From NCBI GenBank assembly GCA_049724395.1, contig JAUGWO010000001.1, forward strand, positions 1 through 64,000: a stretch of DNA of 64,000 nucleotides, written 5' to 3'. The first letter of the stretch is position 1. Every line of letters begins with the position of its first letter. The position numbers and the translations under genes were made by a program. Of the stretch, positions 25,742 to 37,479 are shown in pieces. Origin of the DNA: Spongospora subterranea f. sp. subterranea (lineage: Eukaryota). Under the pieces are notes generated by a model. It saw only the letters and a program-made list of their open reading frames with translations, had not been told where the DNA came from and made no database searches.

Positions 25742-25855
25742 GCGCCACATAAATTTAATACTCTTAATTATATAGTACACTGTATGTTCTTTCAAACACC
25801 TCACGTAAACCAGCCATCCCGTCAATGGAAGTAAATAACAAAGCAATACAATAAA

Positions 25856-26985
25856 GGGCTAGTATTGCGTGTTTTAGTGGTTTTACCTTTGGCGCAGTTT
25901 TGTTTAAATGTGCCAAGGGAACATCGGGACATTGCTCATCGATATTTAGCAGAGCTTGAAAAGCCAGATTCTGGAACGATGGAGAATCAGAATGTGTGCA
26001 AGATCCGGCAGGCAGCGAGGCGAAACGTTGTCGGTGTGGGGAGATGAAAACGGCGGGCAATTCGCAGATCACAATATGTAGGAGTAACAGACACTGACAA
26101 TATTTATTCGGTTGCAGTTCAGTTGTGTTGACAGACTGTTCCTTTTCCAGTGCAAACCTTCGCACGGAATGTAGAATGCGCGATGTTCGGATATCTGATC
26201 AAAACATCACTCTGCGAGGATGCAAAATGATTGCATAGACAATGGAAAACCGGCGTCACCACATTCAAGAAAAAGGTCCTGGCCGTTGGAGGTGAGGTCA
26301 CGCTGGTCGGCGATTGTTTGGTAAATCTTAACAACCTGTTCGAGTTTCTCGTAGGTCGCCAAGTTCTTAAACTGGTGGCGAACTGGTAGGTCGTCAACCC
26401 CACACCGACGACGTTTAGCCTCGCTGGTCGGTGTGGGGTTGACGACCTACCAGTTCGCCACCAGTTTAAGAACTTGGCGCCCTACGAGAAACTCGAACAG
26501 GTTGTTAAGATTTACCAAACAATCGCCGACCAGCGTGACCTCACCTCCAACGGCCAGGACCTTTTTCATGAATGTGGTGACGCCGATTTTCAATTGTCTA
26601 TGCAATCATTTTGCATCCTCGCAGAGTGATGTTTTGATCAGATATCCGAACATCGCGCATTCTACATTTCGTGTGAAGGTTTGCACTGGAAAACGAACAG
26701 TCTGTCAACACAACTGAACTGCAACCGAATAAATATTGTCAGTGTCTGTTACTCCTACATATTGTGATTTGCGAATTGCCCGCCGTTTTTTCATCTCCCC
26801 AAACCGACAACGTTTCGCCTCGCTGCCTACCGAACCTTGCACACATTCTGATTCTCCATCGTTCCAGAATCTGGCTTTTCAAGCTCTGCTAAATATCGAT
26901 GGAGCAATGTCCCGATGTTCCCTTGGCGCATTTAAAAAAAACTGCGCCAAAGGTAAAACCACTAAAACACGCAATACTACCGCCC
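25856..26985. repeat. Giant near-perfect palindrome: arms 25856-26409 and 26427-26985, 17-nt loop
   Basis: The arms are reverse complements with only scattered substitutions. Mirror ORFs 26119-26403(-) and 26433-26717(+) differ at 5 of 94 residues. Confidence 0.97.
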
Positions 26986-27058
26986 TTTTTTGGGGTTTGC
27001 GCGTAGGATCACTGCAATTTGACCCGTAATAACTGTTTGAACTGGTCTTTATATTTTT

Positions 27059-28623
27059 TTACAAATCGACTATTTCAAGATCATCAAGTTCTTCCTTATC
27101 AAAGAAACGTTTGTAATCTTTGATGCCGGCATTTACAAGACTGTCACGGACACATATGAGCGCTTTTCTTCTGGCCGCCAGCTTCATTTGTGGGGACGCG
27201 GTTGCCGTCTCCAGCAATAACGGTCGCTGATCGACCCGCGATTTCATTTCTTCCAATCGTCGTTCCGACTCGTAGGCCATCTCTTTGTCGATGCGCTTTC
27301 TCTCTCGTATCTGTTCATTGCGTCTTGTCTCTAATTCCATTCGGTTATCCACCAATAATGGGCGAATGCGTTTCTGCCATTGCTGTTGACGTTCCTCATC
27401 CACTCGCTGTGCTTCTGCCTCCCGGTCAATTTGCTGCTGTTTCTGATACTCTAACCGTTCCTTTACGAAGGCCGCGGCCTGCTCAGCCTTCTTCGTTACA
27501 GCAGCGGGTGGGTCTCGCTTGTATCGTATAACTCGCTTCGATGAAACATCGATTGCGGTCTCTACTGATGACCGTCGTATGGCATGGCCCTGAGTGGTGA
27601 AACGAAATTCAACTGGAGTAGTTGGCTGCCGGCACTTTTTTGCCTTGTCCAACTCATTCTGAAATGCAGTCTGCAAGCGTTGAAAATTCGGAACACGATG
27701 AACAATGTTGGCCATGGTCGCGTCAACGTTGCGGTCGGCGTTTTCTTGATTGTGCCTCTGTAGCAAGCGTTTCTTCTGCCCGATTGTGCGCTCATAGATG
27801 GCCATTCGCGGAGGTAAACTGGCTTCGCTCAACAGAGCGGCAGCTCGCTCCGCGACCCGCTCGCGCCTCGCTGCCTCTTTCTGCTTATCAGTCTGGGCCA
27901 GCGTTGTCACTCTCACTGCCAAAGGAATCGGGTTTGCCTTAAAAGGCTTAAACGTCTCTGTGGGTGGTATCGTCTGATTGCGCCTCGGTGACGGACTCTG
28001 TCGCTGCATAAACGCAAAAGGATTTGTTGTGAGTTTGGAGGCGTTTTCATGCCGTGAAGCCTTGTTACGATCCTGTTCAATACGGAGCTCCTGATAACGA
28101 GGCTCTGAAGTCGATTTCGGGATCGCGTTGGCCTTGAAAACCTTTGCCATTTCTAATTCTTCGCGTTCTTTTACCTACTGGGGCGATCAGTAACGCTTTT
28201 TCATAAATTCCTGATGTCTGTAAAATATTGTTTGAACAGTGAATGTTGATATGAACCTCTTTGAGGTAATCGAGACAGCGACGTCGAGCGATCGTTAACG
28301 TTTCCGATTCGCTTTTGCGATTGGAGAACGAAAACGGGGCTGGTACAGTCGGTTCCCCAGTCCATGTCGATGATTTTGTCTCGGAAGTCGCTGCAATAAA
28401 GAATCAACCATCGACAACATATTTTCAGATTGGGTGTACATGAAGGAACATGATCGCTGTTTTCGCAGGTCTTCACATGCGGTGGTTGCTTATTTCCTGT
28501 CTCGCGATAGTACATCTCCTCGATTAGCCGCAGATTGCGTTCGTGTTTCAGTTTGACCCGCCGGAGCACCGCTAAATACTCAGTTGAGTCTTCATCAAGC
28601 GATTGCACTCTTAGATTGTCCAT
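27059..28623 (-). CDS. FAM161: FAM161/UPF0564 family centriolar/ciliary microtubule-binding protein
   Basis: Motifs 'FKANAIPKSTSEPRY', 'FKANPIP', 'LLSEASLPPRM', 'VPNFQRLQ' and 'RVDQRPLLLE'. The N-terminal exons lie in 28201-28623. Confidence 0.8.
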
Positions 28624-29292
28624 CTTTTCTTCGTCTATATCAACATCGATTGGCTTTTCACGCAGCTGCTCCGCTGCCTTTCTTGTCTGTTGTATCTGAT
28701 CAGGGCTAGCCGGCGAGGCGTTATTTTTTGCACGGTGAAGGTGACTGCTCAGAAAAGCAATTCAGTAAATGCAACGTCAAAACTGGTGTTTTGGAGAATG
28801 TTATCACCGGGTGACACTTTGGGGTCGCCTTGATTACCCGCGATGTGGACCGGAAGGCTTCCAGGCGAAATCCTGTTGCACAATCGACAAGATTGATGTC
28901 ATCGTCTCGGCAAGGACTGATCGGTCGAGTCCGAAGCAGGTTCAGATTTACACCCCACCCTTTACCCAACGAAGACATGGTTCAGAACAATTTTCAAGAG
29001 GTACCCATGGGTCGAGTCGATCTATCTATTCTCGTTAAGGGTTTCTTTTTGCCTGCAATTTCGGCATGAAATTAACGCAATCAGAAGTAAATCCCATGAT
29101 TAGCAGTAACAACTGGGCATCAGTTTTGAACGAAACAGTTAAAGTGATTCAACAGTTGTATTGATTTCTGGTTTCAAAAATTGCAAGTGTCAGACGCTGA
29201 TTCAATTTGTCGCAACGTCAACGTCGCGCCGGTACCCGGAGTCATGCTGCCCCGCGGGATTTCAACTCAAACAGAAAAAAGCAGTTTTCTCT

Positions 29293-29769
29293 TCAGGTCG
29301 GCGGCATCCCGTGCAGGCCGGTCCACACCGCATGTTGGGGCAAAGCATGGTTTGTCAGATCTGGTGGCGTCACGGTCGGGAGAGGCACAGGAGCTGGAAC
29401 GCCCGGATTGCCTGGCACGAGGCCTAGCATATTTGGATCGTTGCTGACAAGATTATCATTGGCTGTTGCCGCCGCGATCTTGTCCGATACGATGTGGTCA
29501 TGGGACCGATCATAATGCTCATTGGATTCTCCGGTGTGAGATGCCAAACCTGATGAAGTGGTCGTGACGACTGTCGCTGCAGTAACGGCTACACGATCTT
29601 TCGCACCGTCTCCGTATTCTTCTCCGTGATGGAAATCTTCGTCGTGACCTGTATCTTCTTCGTGGGCAAAAATGTCCATATCTTCTCCAATATCGTCATC
29701 GAAAAAATCATGAGCCGAAACTAATGTTGCAAACACCGTGATTATGATCAGCGATGGCCGCAACGACAT
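29293..29769 (-). CDS. Secreted acidic/His-containing low-complexity protein
   Basis: Signal-like 'MSLRPSLIIITVFATLVSA' is followed by 'HDFFDDDIGEDMDIFAHEEDTGHDEDFHHGEEYG', then a Thr/Ala-rich and Pro-rich tail. Confidence 0.65.
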   Translation of the reverse strand: MSLRPSLIIITVFATLVSAHDFFDDDIGEDMDIFAHEEDTGHDEDFHHGEEYGDGAKDRVAVTAATVVTTTSSGLASHTGESNEHYDRSHDHIVSDKIAAATANDNLVSNDPNMLGLVPGNPGVPAPVPLPTVTPPDLTNHALPQHAVWTGLHGMPPT

Positions 29770-30002
29770 GATTTTCATGAAGAAGAAGACGAAGGCAACG
29801 GCAAGCCGCGAGCGGCGACAGAAAAAAAAATCTGGAATGACATAGGTTTGTTGAATCACCATCCTGATACGAACATCCTGATGATTCACCACGTTTCAGT
29901 CACCTAAAGCTTTATCTAAGTATTATCAGATCAACGGTATTTGCAATGCATGATAATGAATGTATTTTTGAACTGCTTCATCTCAGCCTCAAAAGAGAAT
30001 AT

Positions 30003-32083
30003 TTAGACTTTCTTGACAATTTGGACGACGTCTTCGTCACAAAGCATGTGGTCTAAACCGACTTTTTGAGGATTGTGTTTGACGGATGCGCCCCATATCC
30101 ATGCGCTGAAAGATCGTTATCAGTGCGATGATTTGGCAACCAGAAAGGCAACGGTACCAGCACTTACTATTTGAACTGTTGAAGTAGTGCTTTATGAATG
30201 CGCCCGCAAAACTGGCTAACAGAATTTTTATGCGCTGGCATGACTACAGGAGCATCATAATCGGGAATCTGCCCTTTTGGTTTGGTATAAATCCGCAACA
30301 TATTCAGGTACTTCCAGATAGTTTCCTATAAAAAAGCCTAAATAACTTGAGAGTACTTGTGATATTCGGATAAATCACTTGCGACAAAAACAACAGAAAC
30401 CCGTGTAAATTGGCCCTTCATAGAGTTCATGGACCTACCAAAAGACCATCAAAATTCCATTCGTCTTTGGCAGAAACAGGGACGTAATGAGGAACGCGGC
30501 TTAGCAGATCCAACTCTTCGATCGAAATCGAGTCGATCTTGTTCAATACGTATATGGCGGGGACATATTGGCGATTTCCTGAAAGCGACGTTCAGCATTC
30601 TGAGGGAGTCACAAAAATGAAGAAGATTACGTCTGCAAAACTGACATAAACGACGTGACGGTAAAATTTTAGTCGCGAATAAGCACAGTAGGCGAATAAG
30701 AAAATGCCACCCACCTTCAATGACGTCGATAAGCTGATCCGCAGTGCAATCTTCGCGAAGAGTCACGTCACAACTCAAAATTCGATACTCTTTGCAAATA
30801 GCTTGAATGGTGACATCATCAAGTTTTGTTAGAGGCACTGATTTTGTAATGTTGATTCCGCCGCTATCTTTTTTGACAAACTAAACAAGCAAACTTTATT
30901 GATGTTGCAAACATAACTACATCGCAAAAAAAAACGGTTTGACTGAAAGATAACACATTCAGGCGCACAAATGATTAACAAATTACCTTGATGTTGGGAG
31001 GCTGTTGATTTAGACGAATACCGAACCCTGCAACAAATAGGACGACCGTTAAAATAGCATTATTGGCAGATTCTGGGATATCTAATACAAAGCAAATTTG
31101 AGGATCTAATAAGAAATATATGATACCTTCGAGTTCCCGTTCGATAATCTTTTTGTGAGTCATTGGTTGTGAAGCATCAAGGACGATCAATATAAGGTTG
31201 CACGTTCGGGCAACACCAATAACTTGTCTACCACGACCTTTTCCATCCTTGGCTCCCTCAATAATTCCGGGCAAATCCAGTAATTGGACTCTGCATCCCT
31301 TATAATGAAACGTTCCAGGAACGCACGTCAGCGTTGTAAACTCATACGAGGCAACTTCTGAATGTGTTCCGGTAAGTTTCGTCAGCAGCGTTGATTTACC
31401 CACTGACGGAAACCCAACGAGCCCGACTCGGGCGTCACCAGCTCTTCGAGTCAGAATTAGTGAAACGAGCCACAATCGTGAGGGGTCGAAAACCAAAAAT
31501 GCCCCGAATCGAGCAATTTACGAAATATTGATGACGGAAACAGTGAAACAAAACAGTGTATCCCGATCCGAGCAAACATAAAGTTAGACTAATGTATTGA
31601 TCTAACAATAACGCCCTGCCCAGCTATCACAGGGGTAGAGGCCATTCAACAGATACCCTCGTATGGGTGGAGTACTATTCCAACAAACGGGACGCAGAAC
31701 CCCACAATGATGCAAAATGACAATCCGTTAGACCCAACATGAACACCACGTAAAAAACGGTAAATACCCGAAACTGCAATTATTAACATTCGGAAAAAGG
31801 GGTAATGCGAAATCAGTATAAACGCGAAATAGGCACACGTACTTGGTGACATCGAAACCTTCACCACCACCGCCTTTGCCGGCGCTTCCTGAATCGAGGA
31901 CTTCACGACGGAGCTTAGCCAGCTTCGCCTTGAGAAGCCCCAGATGCTGATTCGTGGCCTTGTTTTTCTGAGCTTAAGCGGAAAAAATTAGCCAATGGAA
32001 AAAACGAGTTGCGGGTTTGACGGACTTCGAAGCATTTCCGTTTCGATTTCAGTAATTCTTTGTAATGCATTTTTGCTAGCCAT
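30003..32083 (-). CDS. DRG1: Developmentally regulated GTP-binding protein 1 (OBG family, TGS domain), multi-exon
   Basis: '[26 protein letters not shown]', 'GFPSVGKST', 'YEFTTL', '[16 protein letters not shown]', 'NKID', 'IYTKPKGQ' and C-terminal '[11 protein letters not shown]'. Confidence 0.95.
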
Positions 32084-32628
32084 GTTTGGCAAAGATCGTC
32101 AATGAAAAACAAGTTTTGAAATGCCAATCGCCGTTGCCAGCCAACAAAGGCAAACAATCAGAGATCAAGTCCGCAGCGGGCTTTTCTCTGCTTGATTTTG
32201 CATCCAAATTCCAATTTCAGTAGTTTCAAGCGCCGTTTAAGAACAGTACTTCTTTTAGACGTGTTTTCAAGGGTCCAACTGAACGGAACTCCGACACCGG
32301 TTTGAATAAAATGTCTCTGTGTTTCAAGTTTGATAACGTCTTTGAATGAATCACATCGAAAGGCTACTATCACGATCAGAATGGGCTGAAAAAGTTAACT
32401 TCGAGATATATAACGAAGTTCATCATGTTTGTATTGAACTTCAACAGTGATGGACTGTTAACGGTGGACCGACGTTGCGAACAGCTTTGCTGGCGAGAAC
32501 TGTTAACAGGGGAAAGGCCCAAAGGCAGGGACTGTCCTGACCTTGGAGAGACTGAGCGCGGACTACTGTATCGTGTAAAATGTCACGGAAGTGGAACCTC
32601 TCTTTCGTGTCAGTGAGATCGTTTGGCA

Positions 32629-33098
32629 ATGACCCGTATTGTGAATGGTGTTATCGTGTCTGATAACGTGGACCTGACCATTCACGAACCGTCTACTTTT
32701 ACCACGTCATTCTCTAAGGTACGATTTTTCTGAGCCGGAAACGATCGATTTGCGCTAAAAAAACACTCAGAGCAACGTGCTTTGTTTGGCTGGTTTGATA
32801 ATGTTTTCCATCTTCACAATGGGATTGTTAAAAGGAACTGGTAAACGATTTCTTTTGTCCGTATACCACGATTTTTAGACGAAGTAGTTATGGACATCTT
32901 CATTTCGTGGATCAATTTAGGCTTATCTTCACTAACTCCGCTACAAAAAACGCACTGATTTTTTTCTGCAAAAAAGGGTTTTTCCTCGTCGTCTCGTTAT
33001 TGTTTATGATGCTAAAATATGTTCCGGAACATCCTGAGTCGTTTGCTGCACATTCTCGTGGGACGACGGCATCTCGTCAAAAGGTGGGCAGGGTATAG
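32629..33098 (+). CDS. Small spliced membrane protein, FAM241/DUF4605-like
   Basis: In-frame exons 32629-32718 'MTRIVNGVIVSD...', 32771-32840 'SNVLCLAGLIMFSIFTMGLLKG' and 32977 onward 'FFLVVSLLFMMLKY'. The family call rests only on N-terminal resemblance. Confidence 0.45.
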
Positions 33099-33601
33099 CA
33101 AAACAAATATTACGCTAATGAACACCAATTTTACGCGAACATTCGGCTCCGGCGATTTCTGACTCTGGGATGGGATGTTCACATTCGATTCGTCAAAGAT
33201 CAAGTCCGGTGGCGCTACGACATGCCAGTAGATTTTCTTCAACTTTCTTGGTATACCCAAAGCATTGCACATCTGCTGCACTTGCTGTATTGTCGTTGCA
33301 AAGACTAAAATCAAAACACGCACAAACCCTCGCATCGTTTGCACTTGCAAATTGCAATAGAAATTTGAGGTTTTTGTCATTACTGTTTGGTTTGATTGGC
33401 AACAGAGTCTTGAACGGACGCTTCTAGGCCAATTGACTGAGTTTCGTTACACCTCTTCGAAAGAAGTCTAACCAGTTCGAAGCCCTCAAATTGCACTTCA
33501 ACATTTTCAGGGTCTTTCACATAGGGGCTCAGTTGCTTGATATTTGATTATTGTAGATCGCAAACCAGTTTGAAAATATTTACTTGCTCAGAAGTTTACA
33601 G

Positions 33602-36600
33602 TTATTTATTCATGGTTAGATAAATTACATAGAGCTTTCGTCGGCAGAAATGGACTGCCAACGGCAGTGCCGACGCGTTTTTTCGTGTGTCAAACCGTAG
33701 AGCAAGGAACGCTAGCACGTAAATAATACCGATGCACACAACGAGCATCGAGATGTCAAAACTCAGATTCGAAACGTTCATACCCGTCGTCGTTAGAAAC
33801 TCGTCACCATCGATTTTCAGTGCGTTATCAACATCAACAATTTGGGAATCAAGTGTGATCCGCAAACCATCGAATTCCAACGCTGAGAGAGATTCCGTTG
33901 CGTAGCTGAAGAACGACAAGTACCGCAATGTACCAACAACACCGCCGTCATTGCGGGAGATTAGAGTTGATCCAAAACAGAAATTGAATAGGAAATACAG
34001 AATTGAGACAAAATTAGCAGAACGGAAGTCTGATGTGAGAAAACTGATGAGCATTGCGGATGCACCAGCTGCTGTCGAGACTAATATGACAACTGATGTA
34101 AATAATAGGAACTTGACTAAAACAGGTTGTAAACCAATCATCCCATAGGTGATTGAGGAGAAAATTATCGCTGGAATAAGCCGATATGGGACGATGTCTG
34201 TAAGAAGTTTCGCTGTCATATACGCCAAAACAACTGTAGGACGTTGGACATTCGCGACGCTGAATTATGCGTTCAGTCAAAAGAAGATCTAACGACGATA
34301 GACTGATCAACGATAAGAACAAACTAGAGCAGCTGAAGAATCCAAATCGAGCAACGATTCCACCAGATAACTGTCTGTTGAGGTTAAAGAACGTCACCCC
34401 GAGAGCGAGAGCCACAGCAACAGTGATGACATAAAAGAGCAACAAATGATGAGTGGCGCGAGCCGAATTGCGGAATGAACGCTTGCATAAAATGGAAACC
34501 TGAAAACATATCAGAAATATGACGGAAGTGAAATTAAACTGAAATATACCTGAGAAAAAAACGAAAGATGCTGATGCGATGATTGGTCGACAGCAGGGAT
34601 CATGGCGTCAATGGATTCATTTGAAACAATTTCTTGGATTTGATATTCCGAGAGCATACGGTCCATATTGGGCCCATCATCAAGAGACTCCAGAATGAAC
34701 TCGAAAGGATTATCACTTGGCGCCAATTCGGTTGAAGTATGTCGAATCACAAACTGCAACGCGGCTTGTGGAGTTCCATTAAAAATGATTCGGCCATAAC
34801 TACCCATTAAAATAACACGATCGAAAAGAGGAAGTAAATCCGATGATGGCTGATGGATGGTCATGATCACAAGACGAGATTGCATGATCACCCGATTCCT
34901 TAACAAATTGACGACCAATAGGGCATTCGCACTATCCAATCCAGTTGTCGGTTCATCAAGTAGAAGCACATCCGGCTGAACAGATCAATGTGGATCATTA
35001 GATCCCATGACATTATTATAGATAATTTAGAACACGAAAATGATGGAGAATTGTTGAACAGCACAGCAAGATAAAAACACTCAATTGTTCTTTTCTGAAA
35101 CGGAAAACGCAAGATAAAGATGGATGGACGAGGAGCCTAAATATGGACTCAGTCAGACTACCTGAGATATTAAGTCTGCCGCCAATGCTAATCGGCGCCT
35201 TTCTCCACCAGATAAACCAGAAACAAGGGAATGGGCATGATTCTCAAGACCAACATCCATTAAAATAGTCGCAATTCTCCCATTGATATCCTCATCAGCA
35301 ACATCGGCTGGAAACCTGGTCTTACCCGCGGAACGATATTGTCTCCCAGACCGTTAAGGATGAGAGCATTACGTCATGTTGTGTCATATATCCGATAGTA
35401 GTTGCCGCTCCAATCATTCCAATACGCCCTGACATTACGCCCGGCTTATGTACCCCTAGACACAAACAAGTTGAAATTGAAGTCACTTCTACAAGAGTGA
35501 AGGGCATCAATACCCGCAAGAAGATCAAGGAATGTTGATTTACCACACCCTGAACGGCCAATAAGTGCAACCAATTCAGGGCCAGTTAAAACCCCTGATG
35601 ATGGGTGTAATAATTCGACACCACGACCTCCAGTCATCCATAAGCTTGGTAATCGATACGATAGCGACTGCCACAAAATTCCATGAACAGATGCGTCCTT
35701 TTTGGGATCAGGATCTAGAGGATCGATCGTGGAAATTGAAGATGCCGAATATGTCTTGTCTAACGAATCTTTGATCACCGGAGGAGTTTTATAAAGTTCA
35801 GTCTTAACCCGGACGACGGCGGTTCCCAAGGCCAGCACCATTCCTGCAACAATTGTTAAAGAAGCGATGGCCACTGCTATAAAAACTCTCTGGTTGTTCA
35901 ATTATCTCTTCCTCTTGGTGAAGCTTAATAACAGAATTAGATGGATATGGTGTTATGCATGAACCGGTAAAGCAGTGCGTTTTGATTCTTAAAGATCCCA
36001 TGAAACGAATTGGTCCAATAACTACATTTAATCCTATTGCTCTGCCTTGCTTGTCATGATTGAAGATGAACTCCAGAGGTTCCGTCCTCTTCTGCCATTG
36101 TTTGAAGGCCATTGAAACGACTCTAAAAAGAGGCTGAATTTAAAAGGGTCATCAAAGCGCAATGCTGATAATTACACTGGACAGCCAACTCGATCTTCGC
36201 TGTGATCCCGACATGAACGAACCGTTTTTCTTAGGCATCTATACACGACCTGTTTTGTGTTGCGAACTTGTTTTTCAATAATTGAGCAGTTGGTGGCAGT
36301 AAATCCGAACATAAGAATTGTTGGTCCTGATTCCTCCTTGAACATCTCAAACGGACGGCTAAACACTTCCATGGTAACTTTTCCAAGTAATGTATCAAAC
36401 ACCAAACGCGATCGATGGTCCCGCAGGTACATAATGCCTGGAACATCTAACAAGAACTAATCAGGTTGGCAAAGTGTGTGACAGTTACTCAATCCAACCT
36501 ATCTGGGATGATAGATGACACTCAATTTCTTCAGGGCCAATCGTATTCAAACCAGCGTTGCTGTATGTCGTTCCAACAGGACATGTGTTCTTCAATCGCT

Positions 36601-36847
36601 CCTCCAAGAACTGGCAATGAACGCCAAAATATCCAACAGGGCAGATACACCTGGATCGACACTCGTATGGACATCTGTGTATTGTTTCCAAGCATTCCTC
36701 GACATATCCACCATTCTGACAATCCAACCGGGCATGATAACATGTCGTTCGCATCGGTGTTTCTGCATTGAGAGTAGGCGACAGCAGAATCGCACAAACT
36801 AGCAGGGTCAAGGAAGCCAGAGCAGTGCCAGTCCAATGAGATATCAT
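33602..36847 (-). CDS. ABCG half-transporter with signal peptide and EGF-like ectodomain (ADP1-like), paralog 1
   Basis: EGF-like 'CQNGG...CICPVGYFGVHC', a TM segment, Walker A 'GRSGCGKST', signature 'LSGGERR', Walker B 'LLLDEPTTGLD', 'TIHQP' and an ABC2 membrane domain. Confidence 0.9.
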
Positions 36848-37479
36848 TGATATGGGCCAAAAAGACTAGTGCCCGCAGTCAATGATGACAAACCTTGTTC
36901 CAATTAATTTCAAAGCGCCGCAAGCAATGTTACTTTTGCGCGAAACACTGATGATACAGTGAGACTTGTCGAACAAGTCCGAGATTGATCGATTACAGTA
37001 GTCAGTAGTCCTGGGCGCAGTTTACAGGGGGCGCTCCCTTGAAAAGGGGGTGCCATTTCCCGCGCAGGTTTTTTCAACACGCAATATTTTTTTTTCTGGC
37101 GGTTACTTTTTTCCCGTGGACCATAGTCGTACATCACGTCAAAGGAGGGAAATAATAATTCGGAATGTGTCACCCCGTTTCCGCTCGCGAAGAGGGCAGC
37201 GGTTTAAATGAGATTTTGTGGTCTGCCGACTTTGTTCTTCGCACGAATTGGACCGCCTCGAACCCGGTTATAATCACGTTGTTCTGAAACGAGTTCTCGC
37301 AACGAAAGGTGGTTCAGGGGTTTCTCGAAAAGTCGACGGTTGTGTTAAGGGGCTTATCAATAGCTAAGTAAATTTATTAAGTAGTTGTCGTCCAACCATC
37401 GAGGTCATTGGCGATTAAACAGTCCCAAGTTACGTCAACAGGTTGCCCTATATTTATACGAGCAACAAACTTACTATTA

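Noticed and set aside
25845..26995. Target-site duplication defining the palindrome as a freshly inserted MITE
   Set aside because: The flanks (TACAATAAA vs TTTTTTGGG) do not match for 3-, 8- or 9-bp TSDs, so the superfamily is left unassigned.
32480..32620. RNase P/MRP-like RNA suggested by GGGGAAAGGCCC
   Set aside because: No complementary P4 partner was found downstream; the region is better explained as DRG1-divergent promoter/5' flank.
33110..33560. Extra - strand coding exons downstream of ABCG paralog 1
   Set aside because: Open frames exist, but I found no recognisable motif or convincing splice path.
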